A stretch of DNA of 64,000 bases from Bacteroidales bacterium (lineage in GTDB: Bacteria; Bacteroidota; Bacteroidia; Bacteroidales; VadinHA17), in assembly GCA_032260385.1 (NCBI GenBank), contig JAVVEL010000002.1, positions 31,776 through 95,775 on the forward strand. The letters are read 5' to 3'. How positions within the stretch are numbered: position 1 is the stretch's first letter; every line of letters begins with the position of its first letter. The translations under genes were made by a program, and so were the position numbers. Below, piece after piece: positions 8,062-16,919 of this stretch. The notes below the pieces were generated by a model. It was not told the origin of the DNA. It made no database searches and saw only the letters and a list, made by a program, of their open reading frames with translations.

Positions 8062-10003
8062 ATATAATGGTGGCGATAAGAGGAAATTCCTGATTGAAGA
8101 GGTACTCGCCAATCGCTCCGATACCGTAAGCAATGAAGTACAGGCCGTCCTTGATACAATCAGCAGGGCCAGTGCAGAGCTTCCAATTATCTCAGTGTCG
8201 TACAACAGTGGAAGTATTATTTCGGGTGCTGATAAAACTTATGAGGCTCTCGGTCAATATATACTTGATTATGGTGTGCAGGCTGATATTCTAAAAGGCG
8301 GATGGTCTGGCGCTACCAACTTTGACCCTGTAGTGACAATTAAGCTGCCGGGTAAAAACTGCTTATTCTTCAGGAATATTTATCCTGAGAAAGTGGAAAG
8401 CCTTCTGAGCAGTGTCCTGCACAGTGAGATCCCGGCGGATGACTTCCTGGGCCAGGAAGGAAAGAACAAGTCAGGAGAATGGCCCGGACTGGTCTACCTT
8501 TCAGATCATCCCTTCATGAAGTTTCAGAAAAGATGGCTACTGAGTGAGGGTGAACCGTATGAACCTGCAGATATTGAGTTATATATAGCGAATGGAGGAT
8601 ATAAAACCCTTGTAAAGACTCTTAATAGTTACACAATAGAAGAAGTGTGTGACATCATTGAAAAAAGTGGTTTAAGGGGAAGGAGCGGAAGTGGCTTTCC
8701 TACGGGGCGGAAATGGAAATATGCACAGGCTTCGGACTCTGAAGTAAAATATCTTGTCTGCAATGCCCGTGAGAGCGATCCGGGGGCCTTTACAGACAAG
8801 ATGCTGATAGAAGGACAACCACACAAACTGCTGGAAGGCATGGTAATAGCATCCTATGCCATGGGGGCATCAAAGGCTTTTATCTATACTCAAAACGGTG
8901 CTGATCATACAATCTCAGTATTAAAAGAATCCATAAAACAGGCTTACGATTACGGCCTGCTGGGTGATAATATCTTCGACAGCGGATTCAGACTGGATAT
9001 AGAAGTACGGGTTGATCCCGGAGCTTTTGTCTGCGGTGAAGAAACGGCCCTGGTGGGAAGCCTTGAAGGGCGAAGGGGCATGCCACAGGTAAAACCACCC
9101 TTTCCGTCGTCTTCGGGACTGAATAACTGCCCAACCATTATCAATAACGTGGAGACCCTTATGAATGTACCGCTAATTATGAAGAACGGCCCTGAATGGT
9201 TCAGTGAGGCAGGTACTCCCGGTAGTAAGGGAACCAAGGTATTCTGGCTCTCGGGTAAGTCAGCTCTGAAGGGGCTTATTGAGGTTGAAATGGGTACCTC
9301 ATTAAGGTCGGTTATAGAGGATACAGGTGATGGCATTGCTGGTGGTAAAGAATTGAAAGCCCTGTTGATAGGAGGAGTGTCAGGCTATCTTCTCCCCGAA
9401 AAAAAGATCGATATTGCCATTGATTATGAAGAATTGAAGAAGGCCGGAGCAGGAATGGGATCGGGCGGACTCCTTATAATTGATGAGAATACCTGCCTTA
9501 TTGATCTTTCGAGATACCAGATGGAATATATGCAGAACCAGAGCTGTGGGAAATGTATACCCTGCAGGGAGGGCACATCACGAATGTTTGAAATATTATC
9601 AGCTGTGGTTAAAAAACCACCTGTTGAATCGGCAATGACAACCCTTGAGAGGTTTAAGGGTGTAATGCAGCTTGAAAATATAGCGAAGGTAATGAAGGAA
9701 ACCTCCCTTTGCGGACTGGGCCAGAATGCACCCAACCTCTTTCTTTCTGTCCTGACCGATTTCAGGGATGAACTGGAAGAACATATTTTTGACCGTCGCT
9801 GCCGGGCAAATCGCTGCCACGGCCTTCGTACCTTTGTCATAGATGTTGATAAATGCACAGGGTGTACCCTGTGTGCTGAGAAATGCCCGGTAAATGCCAT
9901 TTACGGAACCAGGTTGCAGCCTTATTTTATTGTGGATGAAAAGTGTACCGGTTGTGGTATCTGCTATGATGTGTGCAAGTTTGATGCGGTTTCAGTAAAG
10001 TAA
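8042..10003 (+). CDS. hydB: [FeFe]-hydrogenase NuoF-like flavoprotein subunit
   Basis: Motifs RGRSGSGFPTGRKW, ESDPGAF and SCGKCIPCREG...LCGLGQ, plus C-terminal CTGCTLCAEKCP and CTGCGICYDVCK. It overlaps hydC by 20 nt. Confidence 0.9.
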   Translation: MSSQSSEYNGGDKRKFLIEEVLANRSDTVSNEVQAVLDTISRASAELPIISVSYNSGSIISGADKTYEALGQYILDYGVQADILKGGWSGATNFDPVVTIKLPGKNCLFFRNIYPEKVESLLSSVLHSEIPADDFLGQEGKNKSGEWPGLVYLSDHPFMKFQKRWLLSEGEPYEPADIELYIANGGYKTLVKTLNSYTIEEVCDIIEKSGLRGRSGSGFPTGRKWKYAQASDSEVKYLVCNARESDPGAFTDKMLIEGQPHKLLEGMVIASYAMGASKAFIYTQNGADHTISVLKESIKQAYDYGLLGDNIFDSGFRLDIEVRVDPGAFVCGEETALVGSLEGRRGMPQVKPPFPSSSGLNNCPTIINNVETLMNVPLIMKNGPEWFSEAGTPGSKGTKVFWLSGKSALKGLIEVEMGTSLRSVIEDTGDGIAGGKELKALLIGGVSGYLLPEKKIDIAIDYEELKKAGAGMGSGGLLIIDENTCLIDLSRYQMEYMQNQSCGKCIPCREGTSRMFEILSAVVKKPPVESAMTTLERFKGVMQLENIAKVMKETSLCGLGQNAPNLFLSVLTDFRDELEEHIFDRRCRANRCHGLRTFVIDVDKCTGCTLCAEKCPVNAIYGTRLQPYFIVDEKCTGCGICYDVCKFDAVSVK

Positions 10004-10008
10004 TTATT

Positions 10009-11724
10009 ATGCTGATAACTATAGAAGTAAACAGAAAGAAACTGAAGGCTGAAAAGGGAGAGACAATCCTCAAGGCACTGAACAGGAATGGTATAAACAT
10101 ACCCACCCTCTGTCGCCTCAGGGGTCTTACACCAACGGGAGCATGCAGGATCTGTGTCGTGGAGGTGGAAGGGGAGGATATGCTTGTTACAGCCTGTTCT
10201 GAACCTGTAAGGGAATGGATGAAGATAAAAACTCATTCTCCCAGGGTTATCAGGGCAAGAAAGTCTATAGTAGAATTGTTGCTCTCAAATCATCCTGACA
10301 ATTGCCTGTACTGTGACAGGAATCTTAACTGTGAATTACAGAGCTTAGCCGGTGAGCTCAACATCCGGGAACGCCGTCTGAGTGGCAATAAACTGACTCT
10401 CAAACTGGACCAGTCAAGCCCTGCCATAACAAGAGAATTGTCAAAATGTATCTTATGTGGCCGCTGTGTTCGTATTTGTGAGGAAGTGGTGGGGGTAAAT
10501 ACCCTGGATTTTATCGGAAAGGGAAGGACAACACATATAGGCACCACAATGGATAAGGATTTTAATTTTTCCAGTTGCATACATTGTGGTCAGTGTGTCA
10601 CTGTATGTCCTACCGGTGCTCTCCATGAAAAACACAATATAAGGGAGGTCCAGGATTACCTCACAAAGAAAGACACACTTAAGGTAATCCAGTTTTCTCC
10701 CCTGGTGGCCTTCTCTGTTGCCCGGGAGATGGGCTTAAAGTATTCTCAGAACTTTGATAAGAAGCTCAGTGAGGCGCTTGTCCGGATAGGCTTTGACAGG
10801 GTTTATTACGCAGGTTTTGGTTCCGATATAATGATAAATGAATTGACGGAGCAGCTGGTAAATAATAAGGCCGGTAAATTGAACCAGACTATTTATACTT
10901 CCCATTGCCCTGCATGGGTGAAATATGCCGAACAATTTATGCCCGGTCTTCTTGAAAAGTTATCTGATTTGAAGTCGCCTCAACAAATTACAGGAGCCCT
11001 GATTAAAACCCTGGTAAGCGCCAGGGAGGAAGTAAGTCCTGAAAATATATATTCTGTGTCAGCCACCCTCTGTACGGCGGCCAAGTATGAAGCCAGGCGG
11101 GATGTAATGACAAGAAAGGGAATAAGCGATATAGAAACCATACTGACAGTGCGTGAACTGGTACAGCTACTGAAACTTTATGGTATAAATATGGATATGC
11201 TTGACGGAAGAAATATTGATGAACCACTGAACCTTTCCAGTTTCTCGGCTTTAATAACCGAGGTTTCCGGGGGTCTGACAGAGGCACTTGTAAAAAATAT
11301 TGCCCGGGACAAGGGCTTTGAGCTCTCTGCTTCTGATATAAGGAAATTAAGAACGGCAGGCGATTTCAGGGAACTTATGATAAGAGCCGGGGAACATGAG
11401 TACAACTTTGCTCTTGTGGATGGTCTTACCGGGCTTGATAAGCTCAGTAACAGGATGGGATCAGTTCATTATGACCTGGTTGAAATAATGGTCTGCCAGT
11501 CAGGATGCGTCAATGGAGGAGGGGTTAACAGTGATGAGAACGGTGAGTCAGTAAGGGACCGTATTAAGATGGTATATAAAAGTGAAGGAAATACTGCTAT
11601 CAGCATGCCAATGGATAATCCGGCACTCAGAAATTTTTATGAAAAATGGCTACCCTTTGATAAAGACTTGTCAGATAAAAAGATATTCAAAAACAAATAT
11701 TCAAAAAAGAACGTCCTTCTATGA
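10009..11724 (+). CDS. hydA: CpI-architecture (M3-type) [FeFe]-hydrogenase large subunit with non-canonical H-cluster environment motifs
   Basis: N-terminal 2Fe-2S (CRLRGLTPTGACRIC), His-ligated and 2x[4Fe-4S] motifs, then TSHCPAW, TLCTAAKYE and EIMVCQSGCVNGGG. The C-terminal tail resembles a small-subunit domain. Confidence 0.9.
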   Translation: MLITIEVNRKKLKAEKGETILKALNRNGINIPTLCRLRGLTPTGACRICVVEVEGEDMLVTACSEPVREWMKIKTHSPRVIRARKSIVELLLSNHPDNCLYCDRNLNCELQSLAGELNIRERRLSGNKLTLKLDQSSPAITRELSKCILCGRCVRICEEVVGVNTLDFIGKGRTTHIGTTMDKDFNFSSCIHCGQCVTVCPTGALHEKHNIREVQDYLTKKDTLKVIQFSPLVAFSVAREMGLKYSQNFDKKLSEALVRIGFDRVYYAGFGSDIMINELTEQLVNNKAGKLNQTIYTSHCPAWVKYAEQFMPGLLEKLSDLKSPQQITGALIKTLVSAREEVSPENIYSVSATLCTAAKYEARRDVMTRKGISDIETILTVRELVQLLKLYGINMDMLDGRNIDEPLNLSSFSALITEVSGGLTEALVKNIARDKGFELSASDIRKLRTAGDFRELMIRAGEHEYNFALVDGLTGLDKLSNRMGSVHYDLVEIMVCQSGCVNGGGVNSDENGESVRDRIKMVYKSEGNTAISMPMDNPALRNFYEKWLPFDKDLSDKKIFKNKYSKKNVLL

Positions 11725-13706
11725 ATTCAGTGGGGAGAAACAGGCAATTGGTTTATACACGCAGGGAACTTTGCAGAACATGTTATACTTGTGTGAGGGA
11801 ATGTCCTGCCAAAGCCATCAGGATAGAAAACGGACAGGCAGAGGTAATACACGAAAGGTGTATTGCCTGTGGAAATTGTACCAAGGTTTGCAGCCAGGGA
11901 GCAAAAGTCTTCATGTGGACAAAGGATATAGTGGAGGAGATACTTAAATCAGGAAAGACGGCAGCGATAGTGGCACCAAGCTTTCCTGCCGAGTTCAATG
12001 ACCTTTCCGACCACAGCTTCCTTGTCTCGATGATAAGGGCACTGGGTTTCAGTTATGTAAGTGAGGTTGCCTTTGGTGCTGATCTTGTTGCCGACTGCTA
12101 CCGTCAACTTCTGAACGAATGTGACAGGAAGTATTATATTTCCTCTGACTGCCCTTCAATAACGAGATTTATTAAATATTATCATCCTGACCTGACAGAC
12201 AGCCTTGCCCCCGTGGTATCCCCGATGGTGGCAATGACCAGGGCCATGAGGAAGCTGTACGGACAGGATCTTAGGATTGTCTTCATCGGACCATGCGTGG
12301 CAAAAAAAGATGAAAGTACAGAGGTTGACGAGGCCCTTACTTTTACTGAACTGAGATCTATGTTTGAAGAGAGAGGTATAAGTCCTGAGACTGTTATACC
12401 AGCTGAATTTGATCCCCCCCTGGGAGGCAAGGGAGCCATTTTCCCCGTAGCCAGGGGTTTGCTCCAGACGGCAGGTATTAATGATGATGCCGTTTCGGGA
12501 AATATAATAGCCGCTGAAGGAAGAACAGCCTTCCAGGAGGCTATTAAAGAATTTGAGGAAGGGCAGGTTCATGACCAGCACCTTGAGCTGCTTTGCTGCA
12601 TGGGTTGTATTATGGGACCGGGATTTACTGACCGCGGAAAATATTATAACCGCAGAACTCATGTAAGCAGCTATGCCCGCAAAAAGCTTGATTCAATGGA
12701 TCACAGGCAATGGAAGGAAGCCTTCATTAAAATGAATGATCTTGACCTTTCAGTTAAGCATGAACCGGATGACAGGAGACTGGAAAACCCCGGAAGGTTT
12801 GAGATTGAAAACGTCCTGAGACAGATGGGAAAAAACAGTATCAAAGATCATTTGAACTGTGGTGCCTGCGGATATGAGACATGTATTGAACATGCTGTGG
12901 CAATAAGCAAGGGACTGGCAGAGGTTGAGATGTGCCTGCCATTTACAATAGAACAGCTGCACAGCTCGGTGAATGATCTGGCGCTTTCAAATGAGAAGCT
13001 GAGTTCAATGAAGCAGGCTCTGAGACAATCGGAAAAACTTGCCCATATGGGTCAGCTATCTGCCGGTATAGCTCACGAGCTGAACAATCCTCTCGGAGTG
13101 GTAATAATGTACAGTAATATATTACTGGAAGAATGTGCAGAAGATGACCCTTTAAGGGATGACCTGAACCTGATTACCGAGCAGGCGGCCAGATGTAAAA
13201 AGATTGTTTCAGGACTGCTCAATTTTGCAAGGAAGAGCCAGGTAAACCATGATTATGCCAACCTGAATGAAGTCATTAAACAAAGCATCGAGTCACTTAT
13301 AATACCGGAAGGTATCGATTTAAAAATTGAGGATAAATCAAATAATCCTTCGGTTATGGTGGATACTGAACAGATGATACAGCTTATCTCAAACCTGCTT
13401 AAAAACTCGGTGGATGCAATGAAGGGAAGGGGGAACCTGAGAATTACCCTGGAAGATTCCGGCAAAAACGTCACCTTGAAGGTCTGGGATAACGGGCCCG
13501 GCATAGACGAGGATAAAAGAGAAAAAATATTTGAACCCTTCTTCACTACCAAGGAGACAGGCAGCGGTACAGGCCTGGGACTGGCAACTGCCTATGGTAT
13601 AGTGAAGATGCATAAGGGCCAGATAAAGGTCGATTCAAACAGCGATCCCGAAAAAGGCCCTACATTTACACAATTTATTATAAGCATACCAAGGACAAAT
13701 GAATAA
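11721..13706 (+). CDS. Sensory-type [FeFe]-hydrogenase domain fused to a histidine kinase (HisKA + HATPase_c)
   Basis: 2x[4Fe-4S] N-terminus. H-cluster motifs [14 protein letters not shown] and [12 protein letters not shown] Cx2Cx4Cx16C motif at aa 380-405. H-box AHELNNPL, N-box [15 protein letters not shown] and GSGTGLGLA. There is an ATGA overlap with the hydA stop. Confidence 0.85.
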   Translation: MNSVGRNRQLVYTRRELCRTCYTCVRECPAKAIRIENGQAEVIHERCIACGNCTKVCSQGAKVFMWTKDIVEEILKSGKTAAIVAPSFPAEFNDLSDHSFLVSMIRALGFSYVSEVAFGADLVADCYRQLLNECDRKYYISSDCPSITRFIKYYHPDLTDSLAPVVSPMVAMTRAMRKLYGQDLRIVFIGPCVAKKDESTEVDEALTFTELRSMFEERGISPETVIPAEFDPPLGGKGAIFPVARGLLQTAGINDDAVSGNIIAAEGRTAFQEAIKEFEEGQVHDQHLELLCCMGCIMGPGFTDRGKYYNRRTHVSSYARKKLDSMDHRQWKEAFIKMNDLDLSVKHEPDDRRLENPGRFEIENVLRQMGKNSIKDHLNCGACGYETCIEHAVAISKGLAEVEMCLPFTIEQLHSSVNDLALSNEKLSSMKQALRQSEKLAHMGQLSAGIAHELNNPLGVVIMYSNILLEECAEDDPLRDDLNLITEQAARCKKIVSGLLNFARKSQVNHDYANLNEVIKQSIESLIIPEGIDLKIEDKSNNPSVMVDTEQMIQLISNLLKNSVDAMKGRGNLRITLEDSGKNVTLKVWDNGPGIDEDKREKIFEPFFTTKETGSGTGLGLATAYGIVKMHKGQIKVDSNSDPEKGPTFTQFIISIPRTNE

Positions 13707-14091
13707 GAAGATTACAGTTTTTGTTGTTGATGACGACCCGGATTACCTTTTTCAAACGGTAGTCCACCTTGAAAAAGCGGGATATAATGTTATTAGCGCT
13801 GTGAGTCAAAAAGAAGCCGAGGATATCATAGATACGGTAAAACCGGATATTGCATTGTTTGACCTTATGATGGAACAGGATGACAGTGGTTTTATACTTT
13901 GCTATAAACTGAAGAAAAAATATCCGGATCTGCCCGTAATAATTGCTACCTCTGTCTCCAGGGAGACAGGCCTGTCTTTCGGCCTGGATTCGGAGGAGGA
14001 AAGAAGGTGGATAAAGGCAGATGCTTACCTTGAAAAGGGAGTACGGGCTGATCAGCTTAACGAAGAAATTAAACGTCTGTTAAAAATTTGA
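13699..14091 (+). CDS. Stand-alone response-regulator receiver protein
   Basis: VVDDD, FDLMM (phospho-Asp), IIATS and EKG motifs. No output domain. It overlaps the upstream kinase gene by 8 nt. Confidence 0.85.
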   Translation: MNKKITVFVVDDDPDYLFQTVVHLEKAGYNVISAVSQKEAEDIIDTVKPDIALFDLMMEQDDSGFILCYKLKKKYPDLPVIIATSVSRETGLSFGLDSEEERRWIKADAYLEKGVRADQLNEEIKRLLKI

Positions 14092-14092
14092 A

Positions 14093-15229
14093 ATGGCTGA
14101 ACTAAAGATATTGATAGTGGATGATGAAGCCGGAATCAGATCAGGTGTCAGCAGGATTTTGAACAGGTTCAGGGTAAACTATCCTTTTATGGATGAAGTC
14201 TATACTTTTAAGGTGATTGAGGCTGAGACAGGTGAAAAGGGTATTGAGATAATTGACACTGAAAGGCCTGATATAGTATTGCTTGATAATAAACTTCCAG
14301 GAATTTCCGGCGTTGAAGTGCTTGACTATATTAAGCAGAAAAATTATGACATAGTTGTGGCGATGATTACATCTTATGCATCGCTTGATGTGGCATTGAG
14401 GGCTACAAGGGACGGAGCCACCGACTTTATACCCAAACCATTTACACCCCAGGAACTTAAATCCTCGATCGAGAATATAAGCAAGCAGCTGTATCTTAAA
14501 AGGATAACAAGCAGTATGAATGAGGAAGGAAAGAAGATCCGGTTCAGGTTCCTGTCGGTTTTGTCACATGAGCTTAAGTCGCCCCTGAATGCCGTGGAAG
14601 GATATCTGTATATGATGAGGGACCGCGAAGCAGGAGACAATATGAACGATTATACACCCATGATCGAAAGATCAATACAGCGCATACAGGGAATGCGTAC
14701 CCTGATCATGGATCTGCTCGATTTTACCAAGATAAGACTGGAAGTGAAGAAAGATAAGGTGCTTGATTTAGATCCTGCCTTGATTATGAAACAATGTATA
14801 GAAACTATTAATCCACTTGCCATACAGAAAGATGTCTCAATAGTAATTGATAAAAAGTCAGATATCATAATATCAGCAGATGAGGAGGATATAAATATCA
14901 TCTTCAACAACCTGCTTTCAAATGCGGTGAAGTATAACAAAGAGGGGGGTAGTATTTTTATTACAATCGACAGAAAAGTGAACGACGCTGTAATAGAAGT
15001 GAAAGACACTGGCATTGGAATAAGCAGTGAAGACCAGCAGGTTCTTTTTAATGAGTTCGTACGGATCAAAAATGATAAAACACGGAATATTACCGGAAGC
15101 GGACTGGGTTTGTCTATAGTGAAAAAGATCGTCGCTTTGTATAATGGTTCGATAACAGTCGACAGCAGGCCTGACGAAGGAAGCGTTTTTACATTGAAAC
15201 TTCCAATCCGGCAGGAAAAAGGAGGATAA
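14093..15229 (+). CDS. Hybrid receiver-histidine kinase (REC-HisKA-HATPase_c)
   Basis: IVDDE...LLDNKLPG receiver, SHELKSPLN H-box, NLLSNAVKYN, DTGIGI and GSGLGLSIV. Confidence 0.85.
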   Translation: MAELKILIVDDEAGIRSGVSRILNRFRVNYPFMDEVYTFKVIEAETGEKGIEIIDTERPDIVLLDNKLPGISGVEVLDYIKQKNYDIVVAMITSYASLDVALRATRDGATDFIPKPFTPQELKSSIENISKQLYLKRITSSMNEEGKKIRFRFLSVLSHELKSPLNAVEGYLYMMRDREAGDNMNDYTPMIERSIQRIQGMRTLIMDLLDFTKIRLEVKKDKVLDLDPALIMKQCIETINPLAIQKDVSIVIDKKSDIIISADEEDINIIFNNLLSNAVKYNKEGGSIFITIDRKVNDAVIEVKDTGIGISSEDQQVLFNEFVRIKNDKTRNITGSGLGLSIVKKIVALYNGSITVDSRPDEGSVFTLKLPIRQEKGG

Positions 15230-15242
15230 TTATTCTATTGTT

Positions 15243-15250
15243 TATATTTG
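15243..15250 (+). promoter_or_regulatory. -7 promoter box TATATTTG upstream of rex
   Basis: Part of the 16-mer ATTGTTTATATTTGTA (15237-15252), which is identical to 7548-7563. It lies 22 nt before the rex ATG. Confidence 0.4.
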
Positions 15251-15272
15251 TACGGTTGACAAAATCATAAGG

Positions 15273-15893
15273 ATGAAAGAACTACCAGGAAAAACTGTTG
15301 AAAGGCTGAGTGGTTACCGCAGGAATCTTCTGGGCTACCTGTCTGCCGGTAATAGTTATATCTACTCCCATGAGCTGGCTGCCCTGCTTCATATTACGGC
15401 AGTGCAGGTAAGAAGAGACCTGATGCTTATAGGCTATTCCAGTGTTCAGAAAAAAGGCTATGATGTAAAGGAGCTCATTGATACCATAGCTTCAATAATT
15501 GATTCTGAACAAGGCCAGAATATTGCAGTAATAGGCATTGGAAATCTCGGCCGCGCAATAACTTCCTATTTCAAGGGTAAAAGATCCAAACTCAATATTG
15601 TTGCTTCATTCGACAATGACCCACAGAAAGTCAACAGGGTAATAGCCGGAGTTAGATGCTATCCTGTTGAACAAATGGAGCATATTGTGGCAGAACAGAA
15701 TATCACGATTGCCTTGCTTACCATACCTCCCGATTTTGCCAGGCCTGTTGCCGATGCAGCCATAAGGGCCGGGATAAAAGGCATCCTGAATTTTACAACC
15801 GTTCCGCTAAATGTGCCACCAAATGTCTATCTTGAAGAGTATGACATGATTACGTCAATAGAGAAAGTTGCATATTTTGTAAAAGAAGGATAA
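15273..15893 (+). CDS. rex: Redox-sensing transcriptional repressor Rex
   Basis: N-terminal winged helix (RLSGYRR...VQVRRDL), a Rossmann motif IGIGNLGRA, and GIKGILNFT. Confidence 0.85.
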   Translation: MKELPGKTVERLSGYRRNLLGYLSAGNSYIYSHELAALLHITAVQVRRDLMLIGYSSVQKKGYDVKELIDTIASIIDSEQGQNIAVIGIGNLGRAITSYFKGKRSKLNIVASFDNDPQKVNRVIAGVRCYPVEQMEHIVAEQNITIALLTIPPDFARPVADAAIRAGIKGILNFTTVPLNVPPNVYLEEYDMITSIEKVAYFVKEG

Positions 15894-15908
15894 GGATAGG
15901 AGCAGGGG

Positions 15909-16835
15909 ATGAAAGTATATTATGGATTGGAGGAGGTGGAGAAAATAAAGAATCCTGTTATTACAACAGGTACCTTCGATGGTGTGCATTTTGGGCATAA
16001 GACCATCCTCGGAAGAATCAAAAAACTTGCTGAACAATATGAGGGAGAATCAGTCCTCATAAGTTTCTATCCCCATCCCCGCAAGGTGCTTTATCCTTCT
16101 ACGGAAGGTAAGTGCCTCCATTTGATAACAACTCTGGATGAGAAAATAGACCTACTTGAAAAAGAGGGACTCGATAACCTTATCCTGCTTGAATTTACCA
16201 AAGAATTTGCAAGGGTATCAAGCAGTGAATTCATTGAAAAATATATATCTTCCAAACTCCGGCCCAGGGTGATTGTTGTTGGGTATAACCACCATTTTGG
16301 ACACAACAAGGAAGGTAATTACCAGTACTTAAAGTCAATATCTGCCTTGTATGGCTTTGATACTGAAGAGATTCCCGAACAGGAAGTGCTGAATGAGACG
16401 GTGAGTTCAACGCAAATAAGAAAGGCACTGGTCGAAGGATATATTCAAAGGGTAAACGCCTATCTCGATCACTTTTATTTTATTAGCGGCTCACCCGGAA
16501 AGTGGGAACCGGATACTCATCTTAATGACCATACCGGAATAGTGCTGAGGATTGATGATGAGGATAAACTTCTTCCACGTCAGGGTGCTTACGCCGTGAG
16601 TGTCCCCGGGGATGGGTCCAAAACACACGGGCTGGCTTTTATCCCGCAAAAAACGGAAGGAAGAAGAGAGGTGGCAATTATTTTATTCGAAAACTTTTCT
16701 CCGGGCATTAATATTACCCACAGGTTAAGGATTAATTTTCATAAAAGGATGGACGGTAAAATACAGTTTGATTCACCTGAATCATTACGGGTTCCTGAGA
16801 AGTTAATCAATGATACCATGGAACTTATTTATTGA
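15909..16835 (+). CDS. ribF: RibF-like FAD synthetase with an apparently degenerate riboflavin-kinase domain
   Basis: The N-terminal half has GTFDGVHFGH and SSTQIR. The C-terminal half aligns with the kinase fold (GAYAV...) but lacks the G-x-x-LGFPTAN motif. Confidence 0.7.
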   Translation: MKVYYGLEEVEKIKNPVITTGTFDGVHFGHKTILGRIKKLAEQYEGESVLISFYPHPRKVLYPSTEGKCLHLITTLDEKIDLLEKEGLDNLILLEFTKEFARVSSSEFIEKYISSKLRPRVIVVGYNHHFGHNKEGNYQYLKSISALYGFDTEEIPEQEVLNETVSSTQIRKALVEGYIQRVNAYLDHFYFISGSPGKWEPDTHLNDHTGIVLRIDDEDKLLPRQGAYAVSVPGDGSKTHGLAFIPQKTEGRREVAIILFENFSPGINITHRLRINFHKRMDGKIQFDSPESLRVPEKLINDTMELIY

Positions 16836-16919
16836 AGGATATGATATAATTCATTGTAATCGCTTCCTTCATTTACTTTATTTGCAGTACGTTTAATCAG
16901 TATAAGTCTAAATAACGAT

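Noticed and set aside
8950-9900. Minus-strand ORFs of 128 and 158 aa inside hydB. Comparable ORFs occur at 12156-12662 inside the sensor kinase gene, 23157-23528 and 24051-24449 inside the acyl-CoA synthetase gene, 25296-25805, 48840-49532 and 57106-57468.
   Set aside because: All lie antisense to, or overlap, strongly supported genes. They have Ser/Pro/Arg-rich low-complexity translations with no recognisable domains.
11582-11947. A 121-aa ORF spanning the hydA / sensor kinase junction in a third frame.
   Set aside because: It overlaps two well-supported genes whose motifs continue through this region, so it is an alternative-frame artefact.
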